Positions 9,130 to 25,070 of a stretch of 64,000 nucleotides of DNA are shown in pieces. The stretch covers positions 14,136,001 to 14,200,000 of the forward strand of contig OZ210885.1 in assembly GCA_964658305.1 (NCBI GenBank), in the 5' to 3' direction. Position numbers and translations under genes: made by a program. The first letter of the stretch is position 1, and the number at the start of each line of letters is the position of its first letter. The stretch comes from Leptogorgia sarmentosa. Taxonomy: Eukaryota. The notes under the pieces were generated by a model, which did no database searches, was not told where the DNA came from, and saw only the letters and a program-made list of their open reading frames with translations.

Positions 9130-12100
9130 AAATATAGCAAAATTTCGCCACATTGAACCAACCTTGATAAATTAAACGCCACATCGTCAATGGCTCAAAA
9201 AAACAAGGTTGCTTCTTCGTATATCACTGTTATGAAGGGTGTTAGAGAAGTTGGTTAAATTATAGCAAAATTTCACCACATTTATCCAACCTTGATAAAT
9301 TAAACGCCACATCGTCAAGGACTCAAAAAAACAAGGTTGCTTCTTCATATAACACTGTTATGAAGGGTGTTAGAGAAGTAGGTTAAATTATAGCAAAATT
9401 TCACCACATTCATCCAACCTTGATAAATTAAACGCCACATCGTCAACTACTCAAAAAACAAGGTTGCTTATTCATATATCACTGTTATTAACGGTTTTAG
9501 AGAACTTGGTTTAAATATAGCCAAATTGCACCACATTTAAGCAACCTTGATAAATTAAACGCCACATTGTCAATGACTAAAAAAAACAAGGTTGCTTTTT
9601 TATGAAGGGTGTTAGAGAAGTTGGTTAAATTATAGCAAAATTTCACCACATTTATCCAACCTTGATAAATTAAACGCCACATCGTCAATGACTCAAAAAA
9701 ACAACGTTGTTTCTTCATATATCACTGTTACGAACGGTGTTAGAGAAGTTGGTTTAAATATAGCAAAATTTCACCACATTTAACCAACCCTGACAAATTA
9801 AACGCCACATCGTCAATGACTCAAAAAAACAAGTTTGCTTCTTCATATAACACTGTTATGAAGAGTGTTGGAGAAGTTGGTTAAATTATAGCAAAATTTC
9901 ACCACATTTAACCAACCTTGATAAATTATTTGCCACATTGTCAATGACTCAAAAAAACAAGGTTGCTTCTTCATATATCACTGTTATGAAGGGTGTTGGA
10001 GAAGTTGGTTAAATTATAGCAAAATTTCACCACATTTAACCAACCTTGATAAATTAAACGCCACATCGTCAATGACTGAAAAAACAAGGTTGCTTCTTCA
10101 TATATCACTGTTAAGAAGGGTGTTAGCGAAGTTAGTTAAATTATAGCAAAATTTCACCACATTTAACCAACCTTGATAAATTAAACACCACATTGTCAAT
10201 GACTAAAAAAAACAAGGTTGCTTTTTTATGAAGGGTGTTAGAGAAGTTGGTTAAATTATAGCAAAATTTCACCACATTTAACCAACCTTGATAAATTAAA
10301 CACCACATTTTCAATGACTTAAAAAACAAGGTTGCTCCTTCATATATCACTGTTACTAACGGTGTTAGAGAAGCTGGTTTCAATATAGCAAAATTTCACC
10401 ACATTTAACCAACCTTGATAAATTGAACACCACATCATCAATGAATCAAAAAACAAGGTTGCTTCTTCATATATCACTGTTATTAACGGTGTTAGAGAAG
10501 TTGGTTTATAGCAAAATTTCACCACATTTAACCAACCTTGATAAATTAAACGCCACATTGTCAATGACTCAAAAAAACAAGGTTGCTTTTTTATGAAGGG
10601 TGTTAGAGAAGTTGGTTAAATTATAGCAAAATTTCACCACATTTAACCAACCTTGATAAATTAAACGCCACATTGTGAATGACTAAAAAAAACAAGGTTG
10701 CTTCTTCATATATCACTGTTATGAAGGGTGTTAGAGAAGTTGGTTTAAATAAAGCAACATTTCACCACATTTAACCAACCTTGATAAATTAAACGCCACA
10801 TCGTCAATGACTCAAAAAAACAAGGTTGCTTTTTTATGAAAGGTGTTAGAGAAGTTGGTTAAATTATAGCAAAATTTCACCACATTTAACCAACCTTGAT
10901 AAATTAAATGTCACATCGTCAATGACTAAAAAAAACAAGGTTGCTTTTTTATGAAAGGTGTTAGAGAAGTTGGTTAAATTATAGCAAAATTTCACCACAT
11001 TTATCCAACCTTGATAAATTAAACGCCACATTGTCAATGACTCAAAAAACAAGGTTGCTTCTTCATATATCACTGTTATTAACAGTGTTAGAAAAGTTGG
11101 TTTAAATATAGCAAAATTTCACCACATTTAACCAACCTTGATAAATTAAACACCACATTGTCAATGACTCAAAAAAACAAGGTTGCTTCTTCATATATCA
11201 CTGTTATGAAGGGTGTTGCAGAAGTTGGTTAAATTATAGCAAAATTTCACCACATTTAACCAACCTTGATAAATTAAACGCCACATCGTGAATGACTAAG
11301 AAAAACAAGGTTGCTTCTTCATATATCACTGTTATGAAGGGTGTGAGAGAAGTTGGTTTAAATATAGCAAAATTTCACCGCATTTAACCAACCCTGACAA
11401 ATTAAACGCCACATCGTCAATGACTCAAAAAAACAAGTTTGCTTCTTCATATAACACTGTTATGAAGGGTGTTGGAGAAGTTGGTTAAATTATAGCAAAA
11501 TTTCACCACATTTAACCAACCTTGATAAATTAAATGCCACATGGTCAATGACTCAAAAAAACAAGGTTGCTTCTTCATATATCACTGTTATGAAGGGTGT
11601 TAGAGAAGTTGGTTAAAATATACCAAAATTTCACCACATTTAACCAACCTTGATAAATTAAATGCCACATCGTCAATGACTCAAAAAAACAAGGTTGCTT
11701 GTTCATATATCACTGTTATGAAGGGTGTTAGAAGTTCGTTAAAATATAGCAACATTTCGCCACATTGAACCAACCTTGATAAATTAAACGCCACGTCGTC
11801 AATGGCTCAAAAAAACCAGGTTCCTTCTTCATATATCACTGTTATGAAGGGTGTTAGAGAAGTTGGTTAAATTATAGCAAAATTTCACCACATTTAACCA
11901 ACCTTAATAAATTAAACGCCACATTGTCAATGACTCAAAAAACAAGGTTGCTTCTTCATATATCACTGTTATTAATGGTGTTAGAGAAGTTGGTTTAAAT
12001 ATAGCAACATTTCGCCACATTGAACCAACCTTGATAAATTAAACGCCACATCGTCAATGGCTCAAAAAAACAAGGTTGCTTCTTCGTATATCACTGTTAT

Positions 12101-15100
12101 GAAGGGTGTTAGAGAAGTTGGTTAAATTATAGCAAAATTTCACCACATTTATCCAACCTTGATAAATTAAACGCCACATCGTCAAGGACTCAAAAAAACA
12201 AGGTTGCTTCTTCATATAACACTGTTATGAAGGGTGTTAGAGAAGTAGGTTAAATTATAGCAAAATTTCACCACATTCATCCAACCTTGATAAATTAAAC
12301 GCCACATCGTCAACTACTCAAAAAACAAGGTTGCTTATTCATATATCACTGTTATTAACGGTTTTAGAGAACTTGGTTTAAATATAGCCAAATTGCACCA
12401 CATTTAAGCAACCTTGATAAATTAAACGCCACATTGTCAATGACTAAAAAAAACAAGGTTGCTTTTTTATGAAGGGTGTTAGAGAAGTTGGTTAAATTAT
12501 AGCAAAATTTCACCACATTTATCCAACCTTGATAAATTAAACGCCACATCGTCAATGACTCAAAAAAACAACGTTGTTTCTTCATATATCACTGTTACGA
12601 ACGGTGTTAGAGAAGTTGGTTTAAATATAGCAAAATTTCACCACATTTAACCAACCCTGACAAATTAAACGCCACATCGTCAATGACTCAAAAAAACAAG
12701 TTTGCTTCTTCATATAACACTGTTATGAAGAGTGTTGGAGAAGTTGGTTAAATTATAGCAAAATTTCACCACATTTAACCAACCTTGATAAATTATTTGC
12801 CACATCGTCAATGACTCAAAAAAACAAGGTTGCTTCTTCATATATCACTGTTATGAAGGGTGTTGGAGAAGTTGGTTAAATTATAGCAAAATTTCACCAC
12901 ATTTAACCAACCTTGATAAATTAAACGCCACATCGTCAATGACTGAAAAAACAAGGTTGCTTCTTCATATATCACTGTTAAGAAGGGTGTTAGCGAAGTT
13001 AGTTAAATTATAGCAAAATTTCACCACATTTAACCAACCTTGATAAATTAAACACCACATTGTCAATGACTAAAAAAAACAAGGTTGCTTTTTTATGAAG
13101 GGTGTTAGAGAAGTTGGTTAAATTATAGCAAAATTTCACCACATTTAACCAACCTTGATAAATTAAACACCACATTTTCAATGACTTAAAAAACAAGGTT
13201 GCTCCTTCATATATCACTGTTACTAACGGTGTTAGAGAAGCTGGTTTCAATATAGCAAAATTTCACCACATTTAACCAACCTTGATAAATTGAACACCAC
13301 ATCATCAATGAATCAAAAAACAAGGTTGCTTCTTCATATATCACTGTTATTAACGGTGTTAGAGAAGTTGGTTTATAGCAAAATTTCACCACATTTAACC
13401 AACCTTGATAAATTAAACGCCACATTGTCAATGACTCAAAAAAACAAGGTTGCTTTTTTATGAAGGGTGTTAGAGAAGTTGGTTAAATTATAGCAAAATT
13501 TCACCACATTTAACCAACCTTGATAAATTAAACGCCACATTGTGAATGACTAAAAAAAACAAGGTTGCTTCTTCATATATCACTGTTATGAAGGGTGTTA
13601 GAGAAGTTGGTTTAAATAAAGCAACATTTCACCACATTTAACCAACCTTGATAAATTAAACGCCACATCGTCAATGACTCAAAAAAACAAGGTTGCTTTT
13701 TTATGAAAGGTGTTAGAGAAGTTGGTTAAATTATAGCAAAATTTCACCACATTTAACCAACCTTGATAAATTAAATGTCACATCGTCAATGACTAAAAAA
13801 AACAAGGTTGCTTTTTTATGAAAGGTGTTAGAGAAGTTGGTTAAATTATAGCAAAATTTCACCACATTTATCCAACCTTGATAAATTAAACGCCACATCG
13901 TCAAGGACTCAAAAAAACAAGGTTGCTTCTTCATATAACACTGTTATGAAGGGTGTTAGAGAAGTAGGTTAAATTATAGCAAAATTTCACCACATTCATC
14001 CAACCTTGATAAATTAAACGCCACATCGTCAACTACTCAAAAAACAAGGTTGCTTATTCATATATCACTGTTATTAACGGTTTTAGAGAACTTGGTTTAA
14101 ATATAGCCAAATTGCACCACATTTAAGCAACCTTGATAAATTAAACGCCACATTGTCAATGACTAAAAAAAACAAGGTTGCTTTTTTATGAAGGGTGTTA
14201 GAGAAGTTGGTTAAATTATAGCAAAATTTCACCACATTTATCCAACCTTGATAAATTAAACGCCACATCGTCAATGACTCAAAAAAACAACGTTGTTTCT
14301 TCATATATCACTGTTACGAACGGTGTTAGAGAAGTTGGTTTAAATATAGCAAAATTTCACCACATTTAACCAACCCTGACAAATTAAACGCCACATCGTC
14401 AATGACTCAAAAAAACAAGTTTGCTTCTTCATATAACACTGTTATGAAGAGTGTTGGAGAAGTTGGTTAAATTATAGCAAAATTTCACCACATTTAACCA
14501 ACCTTGATAAATTATTTGCCACATCGTCAATGACTCAAAAAAACAAGGTTGCTTCTTCATATATCACTGTTATGAAGGGTGTTGGAGAAGTTGGTTAAAT
14601 TATAGCAAAATTTCACCACATTTAACCAACCTTGATAAATTAAACGCCACATCGTCAATGACTGAAAAAACAAGGTTGCTTCTTCATATATCACTGTTAA
14701 GAAGGGTGTTAGCGAAGTTAGTTAAATTATAGCAAAATTTCACCACATTTAACCAACCTTGATAAATTAAACACCACATTGTCAATGACTAAAAAAAACA
14801 AGGTTGCTTTTTTATGAAGGGTGTTAGAGAAGTTGGTTAAATTATAGCAAAATTTCACCACATTTAACCAACCTTGATAAATTAAACACCACATTTTCAA
14901 TGACTTAAAAAACAAGGTTGCTCCTTCATATATCACTGTTACTAACGGTGTTAGAGAAGCTGGTTTCAATATAGCAAAATTTCACCACATTTAACCAACC
15001 TTGATAAATTGAACACCACATCATCAATGAATCAAAAAACAAGGTTGCTTCTTCATATATCACTGTTATTAACGGTGTTAGAGAAGTTGGTTTATAGCAA

Positions 15101-15600
15101 AATTTCACCACATTTAACCAACCTTGATAAATTAAACGCCACATTGTCAATGACTCAAAAAAACAAGGTTGCTTTTTTATGAAGGGTGTTAGAGAAGTTG
15201 GTTAAATTATAGCAAAATTTCACCACATTTAACCAACCTTGATAAATTAAACGCCACATTGTGAATGACTAAAAAAAACAAGGTTGCTTCTTCATATATC
15301 ACTGTTATGAAGGGTGTTAGAGAAGTTGGTTTAAATAAAGCAACATTTCACCACATTTAACCAACCTTGATAAATTAAACGCCACATCGTCAATGACTCA
15401 AAAAAACAAGGTTGCTTTTTTATGAAAGGTGTTAGAGAAGTTGGTTAAATTATAGCAAAATTTCACCACATTTAACCAACCTTGATAAATTAAATGTCAC
15501 ATCGTCAATGACTAAAAAAAACAAGGTTGCTTTTTTATGAAAGGTGTTAGAGAAGTTGGTTAAATTATAGCAAAATTTCACCACATTTATCAAACCTTGA
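9130..15600. repeat. Multi-monomer block repeated at 2867-bp then 1719-bp offsets
   Basis: ORF series 9497/12364/14083, 10141/13008/14727 and 10340/13207/14926. Confidence 0.88.
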
Positions 15601-18600
15601 TAAATTAAACGCCACATTGTCAATGACTCAAAAAACAAGGTTGCTTCTTCATATATCACTGTTATTAACAGTGTTAGAGAAGTTGGTTTATAGCAAAATT
15701 TCACCACATTTAACCAACCTTGATAAATCAAACGCCACATCATCAATGACTCAAAAAAACAAGGTTGCTTTTTTATAAAGGGTGTTAGAGAATTTGGGTA
15801 AATTATAGCAAAATTTCACCACATTTATCCAACCTTGATAAATTAAACGCCACATTGTCAATGACTCAAAAAACAAGGTTGCTTCTTCATATATCACTGT
15901 TATTAACAGTGTTAGAAAAGTTGGTTTAAATATAGCAAAATTTCACCACATTTAACCAACCTTGATAAATTAAACACCACATTGTCAATGACTCAAAAAA
16001 ACAAGGTTGCTTCTTCATATATCACTGTTATGAAGGGTGTTGGAGAAGTTGGTTAAATTATAGCAAAATTTCACCACATTTAACCAACCTTGATAAATTA
16101 AATGCCACATGGTCAATGACTCAAAAAAACAAGGTTGCTTCTTCATATATCACTGTTATGAAGGGTGTTAGAGAAGTTGGTTAAAATATACCAAAATTTC
16201 ACCACATTTAACCAACCTTGATAAATTAAATGCCACATCGTCAATGACTCAAAAAAACAAGGTTGCTTGTTCATATATCACTGTTATGAAGGGTGTTAGA
16301 AGTTCGTTAAAATATAGCAACATTTCGCCACATTGAACCAACCTTGATAAATTAAACGCCACGTCGTCAATGGCTCAAAAAAACAAGGTTGCTTCTTCAT
16401 ATATCACTGTTATGAAGGGTGTTAGAGAAGTTGGTTAAATTATAGCAAAATTTCACAACATTTAACCAACCTTGATAAATTAAACGCCACATCATCAATG
16501 ACTCAAAAAAACAAGGTTGCTTTTTTATGAAGGGTGTTAGAGAAGTTGGTTAAATTATAGCAAAATTTCACCACATTTAACCAACCTTGATAAATTAAAC
16601 GCCACATTGTCAATGACTTAAAAAACAAGGTTGCTTCTTCATATATCACTGTTACTAACGGTGTTAGAGAAGCTGGTTTCAATATAGCAAAATTTCACCA
16701 CATTTAACCAACCTTGATAAATTGAACACCGCATCATCAATGAATCAAAAAACAAGGTTGCTTCTTCATATATCACTGTTATTAACGGTGTTAGAGAAGT
16801 TGGTTTATAGCAAAATTTCACCACATTTAACCAACCTTGATAAATTAAACGCCACATCGTCAATGACTAAAAAAAAAAAAGGTTGCTTTTTTATGAAGGG
16901 TGTTAGAGAAGTTGGTTAAATTATAGCAAAATTTCACCACATTTATCCAACCTTGATAAATTAAACGCCACATTGTCAATGACTCAAAAAACAAGGTTGC
17001 TTCTTCATATATCACTCTTATTAACGGTGTTAGAGAAGTTGGTTAAATTATAGCAAAATTTCACCACATTTAACCAACCTTGATAAATTAAATGCCACAT
17101 CGTCAATGACCCAAAAAAACAACGTTGTTTCTTCATATATCACTGTTACGAAGAGTGTTAGAGAAGTTGGTTTAAATATAGCAAAATTTCACCACATTTA
17201 ACCAACCCTGAAAAATTAAACGCCACAAGGTCAATGACTCAAAAAAACAAAATTGTTTCTTCATATATCACTGTTATGAAGGGTGTTTGAGAAGTTGGTT
17301 TAAATATAGCAAAATTTAACCAACCCTGACAAATTAAACGCCACATCGTCAATGACTCAAAAAAACAAGGTTGCTTGTTCATATATCACTGTTATGAAGG
17401 GTGTTAGAGAAGTTGGTTTAAATATAGCAAAATTTCGCCACATTGAACCAACCTTGATAAATTAAACGCCACATCGTCAATGGCTCAAAAAAAACAAGGT
17501 TGCTTCTTCGTATATCACTGTTATGAAGGGTGTTAGAGAAGTTGGTTAAATTATAGCAAAATTTCACCACATTTATCCAACTTTGATAAATTAAACGCCA
17601 CATCGTCAATGACTCAAAAAAACAAGGTTGCTTCTTCATATAACACTGTTATGAAGGGTGTTAGAGAAGTAGGTTAAATTATAGCAAAATTTCACCACAT
17701 TCATCCAACCTTGATAAATTAAACGCCACATCGTCAACTACTCAAAAAACAAGGTTGCTTATTCATATATCACTGTTATCAACGGTTTTAGAGAACTTGG
17801 TTTAAATATAGCCAAATTGCACCACATTTAAGCAACCTTGATAAATTAAACGCCACATCGTCAATGACTAAAAAAACAAGGTTGCTTTTTTATGAAGGGT
17901 GTTAGAGAAGTTGGTTAAATTATAGCAAAATTTCACCACATTTAACCAACCCTGACAAATTAAACGCCACGTCGTCAATGGCTCAAAAAAACCAGGTTCC
18001 TTCTTCATATATCACTGTTATGAAGGGTGTTAGAGAAGTTGGTTAAATTATAGCAAAATTTCACCACATTTAACCAACCTTAATAAATTAAACGCCACAT
18101 TGTCAATGACTCAAAAAACAAGGTTGCTTCTTCATATAACACTGTTATGAAGGGTGTTGGAGAAGTTGGTTAAATTATAGCAAAATTTCACCACATTTAA
18201 CCAAGCTTGATAAATTATTTGCCACATTGTCAATGACTCAAAAAAACAAGGTTGCTTCTTCATATATCACTGTTATGAAGGGTGTTGGAGAAGTTGGTTA
18301 AATTATAGCAAAATTTCACCACATTTAACCAACCTTGATAAATTAAACGCCACATCGTCAATGACTGAAAAAACAAGGTTGCTTCTTCATATATCACTGT
18401 TAAGAAGGGTGTTAGCGAAGTTAGTTAAATTATAGCAAAATTTCACCACATTTAACCAACCTTGATAAATTAAACACCACATTGTCAATGACTAAAAAAA
18501 ACAAGGTTGCTTTTTTATGAAGGGTGTTAGAGAAGTTGGTTAAATTATAGCAAAATTTCACCACATTTAACCAACCTTGATAAATTAAACGCCACATTGT

Positions 18601-21600
18601 CAATGACTTAAAAAACAAGGTTGCTTCTTCATATATCACTGTTACTAACGGTGTTAGAGAAGCTGGTTTCAATATAGCAAAATTTCACCACATTTAACCA
18701 ACCTTGAAAAATTGAACACCACATCATCAATGAATCAAAAAACAAGGTTGCTTCTTCATATATCACTGTTATTAACGGTGTTAGAGAAGTTGGTTTATAG
18801 CAAAATTTCACCACATTTAACCAACCTTGAAAAATTAAACGCCACAAGGTCAATGACTCAAAAAAACAAAATTGTTTCTTCATATATCACTGTTATGAAG
18901 GGTGTTTGAGAAGTTGGTTTAAATATAGCAAAATTTAACCAACCCTGACAAATTAAACGCCACATCGTCAATGACTCAAAAAAACAAGGTTGCTTGTTCA
19001 TATATCACTGTTATGAAGGGTGTTAGAGAAGTTAGTTAAATTATAGCAAAATTTCGCCACATTGAACCAACCTTGATAAATTAAACGCCACATCGTCAAT
19101 GGCTCAAAAAAACAAGGTTGCTTCTTCGTATATCACTGTTATGAAGGGTGTTAGAGAAGTTGGTTAAATTATAGCAAAATTTCACCACATTTATCCAACC
19201 TTGATAAATTAAACGCCACATCGTCAATGACTCAAAAAAACAAGGTTGCTTCTTCATATAACACTGTTATGAAGGGTGTTAGAGAAGTAGGTTAAATTAT
19301 AGCAAAATTTCACCACATTCATCCAACCTTGATAAATTAAACGCCACATCGTCAACTACTCAAAAAACAAGGTTGCTTATTCATATATCACTGTTATTAA
19401 CGGTTTTAGAGAACTTGGTTTAAATATAGCCAAATTGCACCACATTTAAGCAACCTTGATAAATTAAACGCCACATCGTCAATGACTAAAAAAACAAGGT
19501 TGCTTTTTTATGAAGGGTGTTAGAGAAGTTGGTTAAATTATAGCAAAATTTCACCACATTTATCCAACCTTGATAAATTAAACGCCACATCGTCAATGAC
19601 TCAAAAAAACAACGTTGTTTCTTCATATATCACTGTTACGAATGGTGTTAGAGAAGTTGGTTTAAATATAGCAAAATTTCACCACATTTAACCAACCTTG
19701 ATAAATTATTTGCCACATTGTCAATGACTCAAAAAAACAAGGTTGCTTCTTCATATATCACTGTTATGAAGGGTGTTAGAGAAGTTGGTTAAATTATAGC
19801 AAAATTTCACCACATTTAACCAACCTTGATAAATTATTTGCCACATTGTCAATGACTCAAAAAAACAAGGTTGCTTCTTCATATATCACTGTTATGAAGG
19901 GTGTTGGAGAAGTTGGTTAAATTATAGCAAAATTTCACCACATTTAACCAACCTTGATAAATTAAATGCCACATCGTCAATGACTGAAAAAACAAGGTTG
20001 CTTCTTCATATATCACTGTTAAGAAGGGTGTTAGCGAAGTTAGTTAAATTATAGCAAAATTTCACCACATTTAACCAACCTTGATAAATTAAACACCACA
20101 TTGTCAATGACTAAAAAAAACAAGGTTGCTTTTTTATGAAGGGTGTTAGAGAAGTTGGTTAAATTATAGCAAAATTTCACCACATTTAACCAACCTTGAT
20201 AAATTAAACGCCACATTGTCAATGACTTAAAAAACAAGGTTGCTTCTTCATATATCACTGTTACTAACGGTGTTAGAGAAGCTGGTTTCAATATAGCAAA
20301 ATTTCACCACATTTAACCAACCTTGATAAATTGAACACCACATCATCAATGAATCAAAAAACAAGGTTGCTTCTTCATATATCACTGTTATTAATGGTGT
20401 TAGAGAAGTTGGTTTATAGCAAAATTTCACCACATTTAACCAACCTTGATAAATTAAACGCCACATTGTCAATGACTCAAAAAAACAAGGTTGCTTTTTT
20501 ATGAAGGGTGTTAGAGAAGTTGGTTAAATTATAGCAAAATTTCACCACATTTAACCAACCTTGATAAATTAAACGCCACATTGTGAATGACTAAAAAAAA
20601 CAAGGTTGCTTCTTCATATATCACTGTTATGAAGGGTGTTAGAGAAGTTGGTTTAAATAAAGCAACATTTCACCACATTTAACCAACCTTGATAAATTAA
20701 ACGCCACATCGTCAATGACTCAAAAAAACAAGGTTGTTTTTTATGAAAGGTGTTGGAGAAGTTGGTTAAATTATAGCAAAATTTCACCACATTTAACCAA
20801 CCTTGATAAATTAAACGCCACATCGTGAATGACTAAGAAAAACAAGGTTGCTTCTTCATATATCACTGTTATGAAGGGTGTTAGAGAAGTTGGTTTAAAT
20901 ATAGCAAAATTTCACCACATTTAACCAACCCTGACAAATTAAACGCCACATCGTCAATGACTCAAAAAAACAAGTTTGCTTCTTCATATAACACTGTTAT
21001 GAAGGGTGTTGGAGAAGTTGGTTAAATTATAGCAAAATTTCACCACATTTAACCAACCTTGATAAATTAAATGCCACATGGTCAATGACTCAAAAAAACA
21101 AGGTTGCTTCTTCATATATCACTGTTATGAAGGGTGTTAGAGAAGTTGGTTAAAATATACCAAAATTTCACCACATTTAACCAACCTTGATAAATTAAAT
21201 GCCACATCGTCAATGACTCAAAAAAACAAGGTTGCTTGTTCATATATCACTGTTATGAAGGGTGTTAGAGAAGTTCGTTAAAATATAGCAACATTTCGCC
21301 ACATTGAACCAACCTTGATAAATTAAACGCCACGTCGTCAATGGCTCAAAAAAACCAGGTTCCTTCTTCATATATCACTGTTATGAAGGGTGTTAGAGAA
21401 GTTGGTTAAATTATAGCAAAATTTCACCACATTTAACCAACCTTAATAAATTAAACGCCACATTGTCAATGACTCAAAAAACAAGGTTGCCTCTTCATAT
21501 ATCACTGTTATTAATGGTGTTAGAGAAGTTGGTTTAAATATAGCAACATTTCGCCACATTGAACCAACCTTGATAAATTAAACGCCACGTCGTCAATGGC

Positions 21601-22099
21601 TCAAAAAAACCAGGTTGCTTCTTCATATATCACTGTTATGAAGGGTGTTAGAGAAGTTGGTTAAATTATAGCAAAATTTCACCACATTTAACCAACCTTA
21701 ATAAATTAAACGCCACATTGTCAATGACTCAAAAAACAAGGTTGCTTCTTCATATATCACTGTTATTAATGGTGTTAGAGAAGTTGGTTTAAATATAGCA
21801 AAATTTCACCACATTTAACCAACCTTGATAAATTAAACGCCACATCATCAATGACTCAAAAAACAAGGTTGCTTCTTCATATATCACTGTTATGAAGGGT
21901 GTTAGCGAAGTTAGTTAAATTATAGCAAAATTTCACCACATTTAACCAACCTTGATAAATTAAACACCAGATTGTCAATGACTCAAAAAACAAGGTTGCT
22001 TCTTCATATATCACTGTTATTAACAGTGTTAGAGAAGTTGGTTTAAATATAGCAAAATTTCACCACATTTAACCAACCTTCATAAATTAAACGCCACAT

Positions 22100-25070
22100 T
22101 GTCAATGACTCAAAAAAACAAGGTTGCTTCTTCATATAACACTGTTATGAAGGGTGTTGGAGAGGTTGGTTAAATTATAGCAAAATTTCACCACATTTAA
22201 CCAACCTTGATAAATTAAATGCCACATTGTCAATGACTCAAAAAAACAAGGTTGCTTCTTCATATATCACTGTTATCAAGGGTGTTGGAGAAGTTGGTTA
22301 AATTATAGCAAAATTTCACCACATTTAACCAACCTTGATAAATTAAATGCCACATGGTCAATGACTCAAAAAAACAAGGTTGCTTCTTCATATATCACTG
22401 TTATGAAGGGTGTTAGAGAAGTTGGTTAAAATATACCAAAATTTCACCACATTTAACCAACCTTGATAAATTAAATGCCACATCGTCAATGACTCAAAAA
22501 AACAAGGTTGCTTGTTCATATATCAGTGTTATGAAGGGTGTTAGAGAAGTTCGTTAAAATATAGCAACATATTGCCACATTGAACCAACCTTGATAAATT
22601 AAACGCCATGTCGTCAATGGCTCAAAAAAACAAGGTTGCTTCTTCATATATAACTGTTATGAAGGGTGTTAGAGAAGTTGGTTAAATTATAGCAAAATTT
22701 CACAACATTTAACCAACCTTGATAAATTAAACGCCACATCATCAATGACTCAAAAAAACAAGGTTGCTTTTTTATGAAGGGTGTTAGAGAAGTTGGTTAA
22801 ATTATAGCAAAATTTCACCACATTTAACCAACCTTGATAAATTAAACACCACATTGTCAATGACTTAAAAAACAAGGTTGCTTCTTCATATATCACTGTT
22901 ACTAACGGTGTTAGAGAAGCTGGTTTCAATATAGCAAAATTTCACCACATTTAACCAACCTTGATAAATTGAACACCACATCATCAATGAATCAAAAAAC
23001 AAGGTTGCTTCTTCATATATCACTGTTATTAACGGTGTTAGAGAAGTTGGTTTATAGCAAAATTTCACCACATTTAACCAACCTTGATAAATTAAACGCC
23101 ACATCATCAATGACTCAAAAAAACAAGGTTGCTTTTTTATGAAAGGTGTTAGAGAAGTTGGTTAAATTATAGCAAAATTTCACCACATTTAACCAACCTT
23201 GATAAATTAAACGCCACATCGTCAATGACTAAAAAAAACAAGGTTGCTTTTTTATGAAGGGTGTTAGAGAAGTTGGTTAAATTATAGCAAAATTTCACCA
23301 CATTTATCCAACCTTGATAAATTAAACGCCACATTGTCAATGACTCAAAAAACAAGGTTGCTTCTTCATATATCACTGTTATTAACGGTGTTAGAGAAGT
23401 TGGTTAAATTATAGCAAAATTTCACCACATTTAACCAACCTTGATAAATTAAATGCCACATCGTCAATGACCCAAAAAAACAACGTTGTTTCTTCATATA
23501 TCACTGTTACGAAGAGTGTTAGAGAAGTTGGTTTAAATATAGCAAAATTTCACCACATTTAACCAACCCTGACAAATTAAACGCCACATCGTCAATGACT
23601 CAAAAAAACAAGTTTGCTTCTTCATATAACACTGTTATGAAGGGTGTTGGAGAGGTTGGTTAAATTATAGCAAAATTTCACCACATTTAACCAACCTTGA
23701 TAAATTAAATGCCACATTGTCAATGACTCAAAAAAACAAGGTTGCTTCTTCATATATCACTGTTATCAAGGGTGTTGGAGAAGTTGGTTAAATTATAGCA
23801 AAATTTCACCACATTTAACCAACCTTGATAAATTAAATGCCACATGGTCAATGACTCAAAAAAACAAGGTTGCTTCTTCATATATCACTGTTATGAAGGG
23901 TGTTAGAGAAGTTGGTTAAAATATACCAAAATTTCACCACATTTAACCAACCTTGATAAATTAAATGCCACATCGTCAATGACTCAAAAAAACAAGGTTG
24001 CTTGTTCATATATCAGTGTTATGAAGGGTGTTAGAGAAGTTCGTTAAAATATAGCAACATATTGCCACATTGAACCAACCTTGATAAATTAAACGCCATG
24101 TCGTCAATGGCTCAAAAAAACAAGGTTGCTTCTTCATATATCACTGTTATGAAGGGTGTTAGAGAAGTTGGTTAAATTATAGCAAAATTTCACAACATTT
24201 AACCAACCTTGATAAATTAAACGCCACATCATCAATGACTCAAAAAAACAAGGTTGCTTTTTTATGAAGGGTGTTAGAGAAGTTGGTTAAATTATAGCAA
24301 AATTTCACCACATTTAACCAACCTTGATAAATTAAACACCACATTGTCAATGACTTAAAAAACAAGGTTGCTTCTTCATATATCACTGTTACTAACGGTG
24401 TTAGAGAAGCTGGTTTCAATATAGCAAAATTTCACCACATTTAACCAACCTTGATAAATTGAACACCACATCATCAATGAATCAAAAAACAAGGTTGCTT
24501 CTTCATATATCACTGTTATTAACGGTGTTAGAGAAGTTGGTTTATAGCAAAATTTCACCACATTTAACCAACCTTGATAAATTAAACGCCACATCATCAA
24601 TGACTCAAAAAAACAAGGTTGCTTTTTTATGAAAGGTGTTAGAGAAGTTGGTTAAATTATAGCAAAATTTCACCACATTTAACCAACCTTGATAAATTAA
24701 ACGCCACATCGTCAATGACTAAAAAAAACAAGGTTGCTTTTTTATGAAGGGTGTTAGAGAAGTTGGTTAAATTATAGCAAAATTTCACCACATTTATCCA
24801 ACCTTGATAAATTAAACGCCACATTGTCAATGACTCAAAAAACAAGGTTGCTTCTTCATATATCACTGTTATTAACGGTGTTAGAGATGTTGGTTAAATT
24901 ATAGCAAAATTTCACCACATTTAACCAACCTTGATAAATTAAATGCCACATCGTCAATGACCCAAAAAAACAACGTTGTTTCTTCATATATCACTGTTAC
25001 GAAGAGTGTTAGAGAAGTTGGTTTAAATATAGCAAAATTTCACCACATTTAACCAACCCTGACAAATGAA
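22100..25070. repeat. 1490-bp higher-order repeat (about 12 monomers), 2 copies
   Basis: ORF pairs 22886/24376 and 23167/24657. Shared private variants GGAGAGGTTGG, TATCAGTGTT and GCCATGTCG. Confidence 0.9.
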